This document shows, piece by piece, positions 52,173-63,096 of a stretch of DNA of 64,000 bases. Made by a program: the position numbers and the translations under genes. The number at the start of each line of letters is the position of its first letter. Positions within the stretch are counted from its first letter, which is position 1. The stretch is from the NCBI GenBank assembly GCA_032718475.1, contig JAUCBJ010008198.1, positions 1 through 64,000 of the forward strand, written 5' to 3'. The DNA comes from Nemertoderma westbladi (lineage: Eukaryota > Animalia > Xenacoelomorpha). The notes beneath the pieces are model-generated. The model ran no database searches. It was not told the origin of the DNA and saw nothing but the letters and a program-made list of their open reading frames with translations.

Positions 52173-53177
52173 TTAGATGGATTGAAAGGGAGTGTGATTG
52201 TAGACAGATTGGCGGTCTCGCCACATTACACATTTCGCATCAGCTGGCCAGAAACTAGAGTTCGGACTTACCAGTTTGTTCACATCCCTGTTGTTTACAA
52301 CTAGTCGAAAGTTCCTGCGGCCCCCGTAATTGCGGGTTGTAATTCGTTCTATCTGGACACCACCAATTGAACAGTATCCCAATATACGATCCTCGTCATA
52401 GTTTGGGTTGTTAGTGGCCAGATAGAGAACTTCATTATATGTTGTCATTCTCGATCTGTAGTTCGATTGCGACCGATTTTGAATTTCTCGATTCTCACTT
52501 ACACTTGGATTGTTGATATTGACTTTTTGTGTGTCAATGTAATTCTTCAATTTATTTGTATGCCATGGTGCTGGTTTCTTTTCTTTGCTATGTACATTTT
52601 GGTTCCCAGATCCATTCACATCATTATAGTTGTTAACTGAGAGGACACGCTGGCCTCGTACATTCACATACTTATATTGGTTACTTACAGAGTGGGGTTG
52701 TTGGTCTCCTTCGTTCTCGTGCTTGATTTCATTTGTTTGATACACTGAATGAGTTCGCTCTCTATCAGATTTTCTACTGTTTACAATTTTATCACTTTCA
52801 CCATCCTTTTCATCCATCACTTTCACCATGCAGTTCTCATGATAGGCTGCTAATATTGTATATGGATTCATAGATGCAAGATGCCAGGGCTCCTCTGAAC
52901 CATTGTAATCATTGCCTATGGACGTACAGTTTGTATTGGCGGTTTTACTATTCACTGTTGTACACATTAGATTGGATGAACTGTTATCAACGTCATCCAT
53001 ATACCCTTCAAATTTGGATCTCTCATTAGATGTCATTGTAGTACTTGCGTTTTGGTATGCTTGGTCACCTTTACTCTTATTATAGGTTTTCATATTTGTA
53101 AGTGTCATGGTAATTATAGTAATTAGGCTAGATGGGCTTTGCATCAAGCCCTTTCCTGTCTCAGTCTCCCTCTTCAA
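52173..53177 (-). CDS. LINE ORF1 (low-complexity region plus C-terminal RRM-like segment)
   Basis: Lies directly upstream of ORF2 on the same strand; terminal FRLVV...FWP...W motif. True start uncertain. Confidence 0.65.
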   Translation of the reverse strand: MKRETETGKGLMQSPSSLITIITMTLTNMKTYNKSKGDQAYQNASTTMTSNERSKFEGYMDDVDNSSSNLMCTTVNSKTANTNCTSIGNDYNGSEEPWHLASMNPYTILAAYHENCMVKVMDEKDGESDKIVNSRKSDRERTHSVYQTNEIKHENEGDQQPHSVSNQYKYVNVRGQRVLSVNNYNDVNGSGNQNVHSKEKKPAPWHTNKLKNYIDTQKVNINNPSVSENREIQNRSQSNYRSRMTTYNEVLYLATNNPNYDEDRILGYCSIGGVQIERITTRNYGGRRNFRLVVNNRDVNKLVSPNSSFWPADAKCVMWRDRQSVYNHTPFQSI

Positions 53178-54227
53178 TAGCTGCTACCCGAAGATAGGGG
53201 TGAGTGCTACTTCTATCCCAAGGTTTGCTCCCAGTAATTCAACATGGATGGTCGTTTGTATTCCCAGTTCTGCAAGTTCAGCAAAAAGCAATTCGGACAA
53301 TGTATCCAGAGCTCCAGAGAAGCATTAAAAATCATGTCCAATCATAAAGCGAGTGGATTGGTTGAAATCCTTGCAGAGGTATGTAAAACAGGAGCGCTGA
53401 ACAGACATTATTGGATATTTGCAACCAGATGCTGAAAGGGGAAAAGCCACCACCAATTTGGACTAAAGGTCAACTAAAGCCTCTCCCTAAGAAATGAGAC
53501 CTCGGAATACCAACAAACTATCGTGGGATCTGTCTGCTTGTGGTAGCTGCCAAAATATACAATAAAATGATTCTATATAGGATTAGGCCTCACATAGAGA
53601 ATGTTGCTCTTTTATGTTTGGGTACCAGCAATATGTTATAGAACATTTATTTGTATCAAAAAATTAAAAAAAGCTATTATAAAATGATGTGATACGGCCG
53701 TGGCTAAATTAGATTGGAGGGAGACGTTATTAAATGCTTTTTAAACAATAATTCTAAAGCAAAAATACAAATCTTCTTAAATAGGGAGATATTTTAAATA
53801 TTAAATAGCGGCGTACATTAAGTATATTACCTGTAAAAGTGACGTAACAACTTCGATAGAATCGGGTTCCCAAAATAGTTAGGTATTCACTTCACAAGCT
53901 CACTAGTCACTATCTCCCAAATCCATCGAAATCTTCACATTTCCAGCCAAATATTCGTATCACGGCAATCTTGTTTCGCAAATGGCAAAAATGCCTTTCT
54001 CAGATTGCTATCGCTGCATTTTATCATGCATTTCCAAATTTTGGATTCTTTGGATCTATCGACTTACATTCCTCTCCGCAGATAAGGCAATTTTCTCAAA
54101 ACTATAAATGTCACTATTAATCGCAATTTTTTAATTATGTTAGACGATTAGCTATAATGATTGTGTGATTGTGAGTGATTAACTATAATAGCTAAGCTGA
54201 TATGATGACATTACCCGAAGGGAGACT

Positions 54228-54860
54228 TTAAGACACATTGTAGTACTGTAATATTCGCATGTGTTTCACGTCGAAAGACGTTTTGTGAAGGCTGTAACAG
54301 TTATTAATAAAGTTTCGTTTCATCGCTTCACCAGATGTTAGTGATCCGTTGTTTAGACGAGATAATAATTCCTTCTTGCAGTATGAGAATGTTAGGATGG
54401 ATAGGATATCTGGCATTGGGAAGGAGTTGGAACATTGTCGGTAGGCCCCACTGAGACTTGCAGTATGATAATCGTTGTCCTGTTTGCTACTGTTAATGAA
54501 AAGTGATAAGTCTAAGGAACGGCTGGAGGATTGTATTGGGGCAGGTGGTGGTCCTCAAGATAGTCCCTAGAGCATCTTTGTATGCTCGAGTTGATATTGG
54601 GTCGCAATTCATAAGGTCCATTACCACTTGGTTACTAGCATATGTGCCCAGGTAGAGCAGGCCTCGTAAGATTTTACGGTAGTAGATATCGAGTTGGTCT
54701 ACTTCTCGTTGCGACAGTGCCCCAATGAGGAATCTCATGCTGTAAGTTAGGATTGGCACCGCTATAGTATTCCAGAGGTAGTTAAGAGTATTTACCTTCA
54801 GCCACCTAACTGTCCAGCCATTTCTGTGGAATATATCCGCTACTGAGGCGATCGTTCTAA
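54228..54860 (-). pseudogene. Diverged 3' fragment of a related RTEX-like LINE
   Basis: GWTVRW...LWNTIAVPILTY...YRKILRGLLY aligns by eye with the 46831-47450 protein. Confidence 0.8.
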
Positions 54861-54882
54861 TACACTGATAATACACGTCTAA

Positions 54883-56165
54883 TACACGAAGTGGGGCCTT
54901 CGCGCAGCACGTGACTTAAATTTAATTTAAGTACTAATTCGAAAGTATTACTGTATTAGCAAATTTTAAGCAGATTTCGCCTAATCACTTTTTACCTCTT
55001 TCATTTCTATTCAGACATTTCTGACTCTAGCGGTATAGTGAGAACTGAAGATGGATTAGGGTCTCCAGCCCCACAAAGACACAGCCTATGGATGAATAGT
55101 ACATACGTACATCGGCCAAGTTTCATCTTGAATAACGGATAACGAAATGAGAGACGGATCTCACTTTCAGAAATTTCGTCGTATAGCGGCAGACCGATTA
55201 AATCTCCCCCCCCCCCCCCCCCCCCCCCCCCCACAAAGACGCAGCATGTGGTCCAGAATATATGGCAAGATTCTGCTTAAACTGATTAAAATCAATGAGA
55301 CGGGAGAATCTATTCACTTTCAGGCATAAAGTAGTCCTATAGCGGGTGACTGTTGAACTGATTTTCAACAAATTTTCAACTTGGCAGCTTTAAATTCGAC
55401 AAAGTTATAAGCATGTCAATATCATAACGACGACAACGATTTCACTTTCAGACATTTGGCCCTCTAGCGGCAGACTGGAGAACTGCAGATGGATTCGCCT
55501 CCTTTGAAAGTCACAGCTAATGGTCTAATACATATCTGCCAAGTTTCAGCTTAAACGGATTAAAAGCAAAGAAATGGGAGGGCATTTAATGTTTAGACAT
55601 GTGGCCCTCTAGCGGGAGACCATTGCACTGATGGTGTCTGAAAGTCTCTCAAAAATCTCAACTTTAGCTCATATTGATACCTACAAATTTTCAACTTGGC
55701 AGCTTTAAATCCGACAAAGTTATTAGCATGTCAAAATCGTAACGACGACAACGATTTCACTTTCAGACCTTTGGCCCTCTAGCGGCAGACTGGAGAACTG
55801 CAGATGGATTCGCCTCCTTTGAAAGTCACAGCTAATGGTCTAATACATATCTGCCAAGTTTCAGCTTAAACGGATTAAAAGCAAAGAAATGGGAGGGCAT
55901 TTAATGTTTAGACATGTGGCCCTCTAGCGGGAGACCATTGCACTGATGGTGTCTGAAAGTCTCTCAAAAATCTCAACTTTTGCTCATATTGATACCTACA
56001 AATTTTCAACTTGGCAGCTTTAAATCCGACAAAGTTACTAGCATGTCAAAATCGTAACGACGACAACGACGACGACGACGACGACAACTATTTGCATAAA
56101 TTGACCCACCCCCTAACAGTGTCAATTCGCTAAGGCTCCGCCAACTTCGTGGCTCGCCCCACACA
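54883..56165 (+). mobile_element. Apparently complete Helentron/HINE-like non-autonomous element with a 315-bp internal tandem repeat
   Basis: 5' GTGGGGCCTTCGCGCAGCACG; GCCAAGTTTCA and CCCTCTAGCGG core motifs; repeat starts at 55370, 55685 and 56000; (ACG)n microsatellite; 3' GCCAACTTCGTGGC hairpin then GCCCCAC (inverse of the 5' GTGGGGC). Confidence 0.6.
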
Positions 56166-56946
56166 TTATCTTTATTACAATGCAGCCTGTTACAGCGGTA
56201 CAACACCTATTATATTTACCTTCAGTCTTAACAATCAGTTAACTCTCAACAATGTTAGAATGTAATATAAACACTAGTGTGGTGTGATTGGAGAATTGTT
56301 AAAGCAACGTTATAATAGTAGTAATGGTGTTGGTGTATTGAATTATTACATTGATCTCTTCTGTAGTCACTATACTGTAATTATCGCGGTGTATGATGAT
56401 AGGTTGGGGTGTGAATTGTCGTGGCTCCAAATCACAGCAACTTCGTGGTTTTTATATATTGAAAACGATGTCATGTTGCTATATTTAGTATATGACAACG
56501 TGACATGGATTGCAAAACAATAAACCAATCAGAGCATCATGTTTCTAGACCCCCCTGCGAACTATTATCAACCTATCTACTTTACCTTGTAGTGTAATAG
56601 TATGGCGTGCCTATATGGAACACCATGTGGAATTATTTTTCGCTCTACACACCTCAAACTATATTTGAAAATTAATTTCAAGGATCACGTTGTAAACGAG
56701 TTATTTATATTCTAGAAAATATATTTTTTAAATAGCGAAAACCCATGTACCAGAAAAGAGAAGGCTTTGAAAACTAATAGTTGACAATATGCAACCAAAT
56801 ATGTGGAATGTTCCTAGAGAAAGAATGGTCAAACTCAACCAATCAGCACTATCTACGCGAAAACCCGACTCTTGTTTGGCATTCGAGAGTGACTTAGAAT
56901 TGGTAATATTTTTCGGCTTGATATACTCATCAATGCAGGAATAACA

Positions 56947-57159
56947 GGGTCCGAGTAAAACGCGGATCCGGATTCTACATTTAACATTGTCCTTACGGAA
57001 GTCGATTTTTTTTACATTTTTATAACTCCCAAAAATAAAACTATAACCTGTTCTATAGACTTTAGTTTATTGTTTTGGTTAAAATAACGTGCCACTGTAA
57101 CCTGTCCCTTTCCCTTAATTGATAATTTTGGAATCCGGATCCGCGTTTTACACCTACCC
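56947..57159. mobile_element. Mutator-like MITE (213 bp) with perfect 9-bp TSD
   Basis: TSD GGAATAACA at 56938-56946 and 57160-57168; TIR core GTAAAACGCGGATCCGGATTC at both ends; internal sequence recurs at ~46470-46570 and, inverted, at ~57460-57550. Confidence 0.85.
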
Positions 57160-57163
57160 GGAA

Positions 57164-57307
57164 TAACAATCACACATAAAAAGTCGATCGGTATTACGTT
57201 CCGCTGCGCTACAGTCCGCTGCCTACAGTCCAGCCCTCTGGCAGGATTTCATTTATCGGGCATGATTATGATTCCCCATACCGACCGACTTTTTATAAGT
57301 GATTGTT
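57164..57307. repeat. Small foldback/MITE with ~30-bp inverted repeats
   Basis: AACAATCACACATAAAAAGTCGATCGGTAT ... ATACCGACCGACTTTTTATAAGTGATTGTT. Confidence 0.7.
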
Positions 57308-57687
57308 TTAATCTTCCTGTGTTGGAATATTTAGGAACATCGTTAAAGCCGTTTTTAATTTGATCACTCAATCGATCAACTCAGATTCAACTCAGGTTTC
57401 TCAGATTTTAACAGGAAAATCAATAAAATATTCAGTTTCCACTAAATATATCAATAATCACTCAATAAGGGAAAGGTGGCAGGTTACAGTGGCACGTTAT
57501 TCTAACCAAAACAATAAACGAAATTCAATAGAACAGGATACCGTTATATAAGTACTGGTTCCGGATTCCCTCAAAAGTCGCCGTTATAATTATATCACAT
57601 TATTCAACGGAACATCTAAACAAACAACAATGACTTAGTATATAAAAATAAATGGATGTTATCAAACTACTTTATTTGTCAGTCCTT

Positions 57688-60174
57688 TTAAGTTGTGCGT
57701 TCTAGAACCTTCCGTTTCTTAGTTTCTCTGTCCTTCAGAAATAAAACCTTCCGTTTGGTATCTTTAAGCTTAGCATCCTCGACATATTCTGAGAACATAA
57801 TGTAAAGCGACTCGTTAAATAACGGTAAAAGTTCCAACTGATTGAACGCAACTTGCAAATGATCGTTAGCGAAACAGACAGAGTTGCATAGAGTTAGACC
57901 TTCCGGGAGAATGGGGATTTTGGACAAACGCTGGCTGAAATGTGTCAGTATAGTGTACCTCGCCTTCATGAGAGAACCGAGTTTGACGGCCTGACTGAAC
58001 GTAAGATGCCGTCTGTCCCGCGCCATTTCTTCAAGATGGTCGCTGTATGTAGCCTCCGTAATTAGTACAGTGCAACCCTTGCCAAACATTGCCAGAGATT
58101 TTGTAAAGGAGGTGTCCCCGGTGTAAACTATACTGAAGCCGTCGGCATGGGACAGTTTGTAGGCTACGGACAGGCGACAATGTTCAACGGGGGCCGATGT
58201 AATATCAATGTTAGTCGCTTTCACGAAAGACCTCGGTATCTGTAGAGTTGGGTCGCACAACTGGATGGATTGACTGCTAGTGATGGGGAGCACGTTGGGA
58301 AGAACCTCAGATATCCATGGTTTAATCCAAGACGTTGCAAATATATACAACGGATTCCTATACAATAGTTTCGAGTGAGATTGTTTAGTGAGGCCATCAG
58401 CTTGAGCGATGAGATATCGCTCGCGTATTATAGTGAACAAACCCATATGGTGATCGGCGTGCATATGCGATAAAAATACTGCGTGCAGTCGTCTTAGGAT
58501 ATTACTAGTTTCGCCGGCACCGAAATGGCGTAGTAACTGGCCGTACGTGTCCTCCCCACAGTCCAGGAGAACGTATGTCTCGTGTTGCAGTTGTACCAGA
58601 CAGGAGCTGACGTTCCTGCTATTTGACGGCTGTCTGGAGGCGGTTCCCAGGAACGTAAACTTTGGATAAATAAGGTGAGAGTCCTTTACTTTTGCCCTAA
58701 GTTTATCTTTCAGCCTTCCTAGCGCCTCACTCAATCCATCTATCTCAAGGGTTTCATTGATGGCTAGCTCCATTCCAATATCACTACTAACTCCCTCGTA
58801 AGACAAATCTTCCTTCCCGAAATGATAACTTAAATTTATAGCAGCCAGATGGATATTTCTCGAATAAGATTGTTTTTCCTTTTCAGAGGAAGACTTATCT
58901 ATTGGAGTAAAACAACTTGTTTGTGGTTCCGAAATTTCGCCTGATCCAGCCAGTTCGCTTCCGGGTGTTATCCCGTCACCCTCCTTTCCGGCAAGTACGT
59001 GCAGTTTAGGATAGATATCGGGATGAATCAAATGAAACTTGGCAGCCAATATGTATGATTTCGGTAGAGAGATTGAATGGCACATATGGTTCATGGCAAC
59101 GTGTTGAGTTAAACTGTTGAAGGACCTGATCCAAGTCTGATATTCCTCAGTACGGAATACCGCGATAGGAGTCATATGAAATATGCATCGAAGTGAGGGT
59201 TCTAGACTCGATAAGTGACCCAACATTGGCTCGTCACTAAACATAGCGAGATGATGCAAAGAAGGACAATCAACCAGTAGAACTGCCGAAGGTTCCTCTT
59301 GTTGGGTTAGAACTTCATCCGGGTTTACTGTTCGCCCATCCTCCAATGTGATCACCTTCCCTAAAGTTAACTCGCCGTAGAGTTTGTGACGACTGGGAAG
59401 CCCCAATTCAAACAAACGATCAACCCTTATCTTCCTACGAGAGGGTGAGACTTTAACAACGTATTGTATCGCAAGATCTCTTTCATTACAGGAGAATCCC
59501 ACAGAATCACAATCAATTCCTGCGTTGTTTTCTCGTATTTTCTCAATCATCTTTGCTGCCCTGGATTCATTGCGCTGATCATCAATCTGAGGAACGATTG
59601 GAATCCCTGTTATTGTTGCTGTCGGACCCAATTTATATGTTAAGTTGCGGTAAGATTCTACTTTGATTAAAGTGGGAGCAGAACCCTGACTAAAATTCTT
59701 GTAATGGTTTATAAGAGGACTCAAGTTCGTTGGTCCGGCGAGCGTAACCATAGGTTTATCTTTTAAAGTTTTAGTAAACTCGCCCGCTTCGCATGTAATA
59801 CCAAACAATCCACCTATTCGAGACCAACTCATTGAGCTTATGAATACAGCTTGGATAGAAGAGTACTTACCCTCGAGGTGCGCGGATATCACTCGAGTAG
59901 CGGATTCAGGGGCGTTAAATAAACACTTACCGTCGGGAGTGTGCAGGGCGAGGAAGGGTTCGGTCTCAGTCGACCCTACCCCCAAGACCTGCATTCTGGT
60001 TTGAGACATTAGGTCGAAGCTGTTGTCTCCAAAATCGCAGTGATATGAAACTTCCGGTTGATGACTAGAACGCAATCTGTTTGGTGAAATCAGCGGTTTA
60101 AAAATAATTTGTAACGGTTTACCGGTACGGTGAATGTGGAATTTAGCGGTTGGGATCCAATAACGCAGCAACAT
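57688..60174 (-). CDS. ELAC2: Long-form ribonuclease Z (tRNA 3' endonuclease), single 828-aa ORF
   Basis: FLGTAS..PSNSRNVS, LLDCGEDTYGQL, SHMHADHHMG (HxHxDH), VEHC, YTGDT, TEAT, LTHFSQR; N-terminal pseudo-MBL half with exosite (G..ITLEDGRTVNPDEV). Confidence 0.95.
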   Translation of the reverse strand: MLLRYWIPTAKFHIHRTGKPLQIIFKPLISPNRLRSSHQPEVSYHCDFGDNSFDLMSQTRMQVLGVGSTETEPFLALHTPDGKCLFNAPESATRVISAHLEGKYSSIQAVFISSMSWSRIGGLFGITCEAGEFTKTLKDKPMVTLAGPTNLSPLINHYKNFSQGSAPTLIKVESYRNLTYKLGPTATITGIPIVPQIDDQRNESRAAKMIEKIRENNAGIDCDSVGFSCNERDLAIQYVVKVSPSRRKIRVDRLFELGLPSRHKLYGELTLGKVITLEDGRTVNPDEVLTQQEEPSAVLLVDCPSLHHLAMFSDEPMLGHLSSLEPSLRCIFHMTPIAVFRTEEYQTWIRSFNSLTQHVAMNHMCHSISLPKSYILAAKFHLIHPDIYPKLHVLAGKEGDGITPGSELAGSGEISEPQTSCFTPIDKSSSEKEKQSYSRNIHLAAINLSYHFGKEDLSYEGVSSDIGMELAINETLEIDGLSEALGRLKDKLRAKVKDSHLIYPKFTFLGTASRQPSNSRNVSSCLVQLQHETYVLLDCGEDTYGQLLRHFGAGETSNILRRLHAVFLSHMHADHHMGLFTIIRERYLIAQADGLTKQSHSKLLYRNPLYIFATSWIKPWISEVLPNVLPITSSQSIQLCDPTLQIPRSFVKATNIDITSAPVEHCRLSVAYKLSHADGFSIVYTGDTSFTKSLAMFGKGCTVLITEATYSDHLEEMARDRRHLTFSQAVKLGSLMKARYTILTHFSQRLSKIPILPEGLTLCNSVCFANDHLQVAFNQLELLPLFNESLYIMFSEYVEDAKLKDTKRKVLFLKDRETKKRKVLERTT

Positions 60175-61025
60175 TCTTTAGCCTTAGGAAGGCCTACATA
60201 ATGTATAAAGCACACCAGCAATGGGTAAGTAGGTGGAGTCACTGAGAAAACATTAAAAATACATAAATATATTTTTAGGAACACTTTCCTACCAATACAA
60301 TACTGCTGTACTGCGATAAGCCTACAATTTTAAATTAGTGTAAACTACAAATTTTTGCACAGTTAGGTAGGGTTAGCTCGCCAAATTCCGGACAAAATCT
60401 TACATTTTAGACTTGTACGCCAACATAGATTAATTTATTCCTTAATTTATCAGTTTTTCTATACATTGGGCTATCGCTGATTGCAATGAACACTATGTTG
60501 TTAACACCCAGTTTCGACAAATGTTCGAAACTGGGTGTTTATTTTTCGAAGTCGAGTTGTCCGGAATTTGAACACCCTTGGGTAATTCCGTACATTTGGG
60601 TAATTCTGGACATGTAATGATGGGCTATAGGTAACTTTTGTACAGTCTCCTATTTTGAAATTTTGTTTGCATATAAGTGTTGGCCTGTTGGGCAACCCTG
60701 TTGCTGTGCCTTTGATATTGATAGAAATTATAGATTATGTTTTTTTAAGTTTCTTACCGGTATGTAACTTATAAACTTAATAATATTAATTTATAATATT
60801 GTGTTATCATACTGTACTGTAGTTCAAGCCTGTAGTTGACGACGTACAGTAGTGGGTTGTCGGGGGTCGCTGCCCCTTATTTCCTTTACCCACACCACAC
60901 CATTCACTTAACCTGGCTGATGCAACTGTCACTAAACCCCCCTGTGACAAAAAATATGAAGACGATCGGAAAGTCTAAATAAAGTGTTGAGACAATTATT
61001 ATTACTCATCCATTCAATACGCCCT

Positions 61026-61770
61026 ACTAATATGATAATTATAACTCATAACGAATTATTAAGGCAAATTATATTAGGCAAACTCATACATTCAATAAGC
61101 CAAACTAATATGATAATTATAACTCATAACGAATTATTACGGCAAATTATATTAGGCAAACTCATACATTCAATAAGCCAAACTAATATGATAATTATAA
61201 CTCATAACGAATTATTAAGGCAAATTATATTAGGCAAACTCATACATTCAATAAGCCAAACTAATATGATAATTATAACTCATAACGAATTATTACGGCA
61301 AATTATATTAGGCAAACTCATACATTCAATAAGCCAAACTAATATGATAATTATAACTCATAACGAATTATTAAGGCAAATTATATTAGGCAAACTCATA
61401 CATTCAATAAGCCAAACTAATATGATAATTATAACTCATAACGAATTATTACGGCAAATTATATTAGGCAAACTCATACATTCAATAAGCCAAACTAATA
61501 TGATAATTATAACTCATAACGAATTATTACGGCAAATTATATTAGGCAAACTCATACATTCAATAAGCCAAACTAATATGATAATTATAACTCATAACGA
61601 ATTATTAAGGCAAATTATATTAGGCAAACTCATACATTCAATAAGCCAAACTAATATGATAATTATAACTCATAACGAATTATTACGGCAAATTATATTA
61701 GGCAAACTCATACATTCAATAAGCCAAACTAATATGATAATTATAACTCATAACGAATTATTACGGCAAT
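61026..61770. repeat. 78-bp AT-rich tandem repeat, about 9.5 near-identical units, inside the transposon 3' region
   Basis: Unit starts at 61026, 61104 and so on; units differ essentially at one A/C site. Confidence 0.95.
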
Positions 61771-61821
61771 TAACAATTGAAAATTACATTTATGTTTTTG
61801 ATATTACCAAAAGTGCAAAAG

Positions 61822-62790
61822 CTAGTCAGTTTCGCAAACTACACATGGTGCTGATATATCATCAACACAATCCTCATGGTACCAGCGATCGCATTTATCG
61901 CATGCAATCCACTGAATAGGATCCTCATCATCAATGTCTGTACTTTCTCCAGGTGGTTCCATCTCTTTGCAAAAATAACAAATATTTGGATTTATGTTTG
62001 CCGTTAAAGCCACGTTCTTTTTGGTTTTACCATTTCCAGTACCACTTTTTTTGTGCTTTTTCTTTTCTTCCCGGGCTTCAGATTCTTTAAGGAGGCGTGC
62101 AAGGCTCTCCTCACTGGTTAAAACTTCCCCGTGTTCCTTTTGAACTCGAGTACGTTTTCTTTTCGCATTTTCTAATGCGAATTTCGTCTCTTTTGATATT
62201 GCTGGTCGTAGTACTCTTGTTATTGCATGTCGCATAGCCGAATTCGGCGATAGACCTTCGTTGCGCTTGCTGCTGGTAGGAGTTTGAACTTGAATATATG
62301 TCATCGGTGGTTCTTGTCGTAAAGGCGATGTTATTGGTTGATAATCCAAATGGTCATCACTTTGATTAGGCCTATCCAATAACACTATCTCTTGCAGTGA
62401 AAGCGAAGTCATTGGATCAGATCCTGAAGAGACAGCACATTCGGTATCATTAAGTATTTCAAGTTCCTCTATGTCGCATATACTGCCTGTACTTGTAGCA
62501 ATCGGTGTAGAAGTGGTCGGCATGGAAACGGATTCGGAGTCAGGTGTATTAGAGACTGTATGCCTAGTGGGGGTTGATTCTTCAATTATTGGTTCCAATT
62601 CCAAGTCAATTTTGCCTTTTGGAATTGCGTCACGATTCACCGGGTATAATCCACACTTGCGAAATCCACTTATAATATGATCTGGCTTTGCGAGAAATGC
62701 TCGATTAAATAGTTGATTTAATAATGTGGGAAATATTTGTTTCTTAACTGTAGATTGACGACTCTCCCTGTAGAAGTTTCCCAGAATCTT
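61822..62790 (-). pseudogene. Transposase C-terminal part with PHD finger
   Basis: IISGFRKCGLYPVNRDAI (post-DDE motif), GEVLTSEE plus basic patch, CYFC...WIACDKCDRWYHEDC...CVVC. Confidence 0.85.
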
Positions 62791-62838
62791 GATTGAATCT
62801 TGACGCAGATACTAAATATCTCTCAGAATCAGCGGATA

Positions 62839-63096
62839 TCACTGGTGGGGAGGGGACCCCCTTCCAAAATGTTTCTCACGTCCCTTCTTCATTGGGCGCT
62901 TCAAAGAACCCTTGAAATCGTTACGTAGCCACTGGCTAATGGTGCTTTTTGGCACCTTAAACTCTTTTGAAATATCTCGTATCGACCTGCGCTCCCGCTG
63001 CCCAAGACTTTTGGAATCCTTGTATGCCTTTATAGCGGCCATCAAGTCTGCCTCTGAGTATTTATTGATAGTTTTTCGCTTATAGTTGAGAACCAT
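62839..63096 (-). pseudogene. Transposase N-terminal psq-type HTH
   Basis: YKRKT..KYSEADLMAAI...SIRDISKEFKVPKSTI; truncated after ..KGR. Confidence 0.85.

Larger units (their letters stand above)
46589..53500 (-). mobile_element. Near full-length non-LTR retrotransposon (RTEX-like): ORF1, EN-RT ORF2 split by a nested LINE, poly(A) tail; 5' boundary approximate
   Basis: ORF1 52173-53177 (ends FWPADAKCVMWR). ORF2 has APE endonuclease (LQEHWL, MDTNS, SYIDHIL, SDHLPV) and RT (DISSAF, GVKQGSLLSP, GIINYAD). It resumes at ~47713 (LLLLALS...KFIG) and ends 46831. AATAAA plus poly(A) at ~46617-46589. Confidence 0.88.

Noticed and set aside
60984-61919. 311-aa repeat ORF
   Set aside because: It is the translation of the 78-bp array, antisense to the transposase, with a GTG start.
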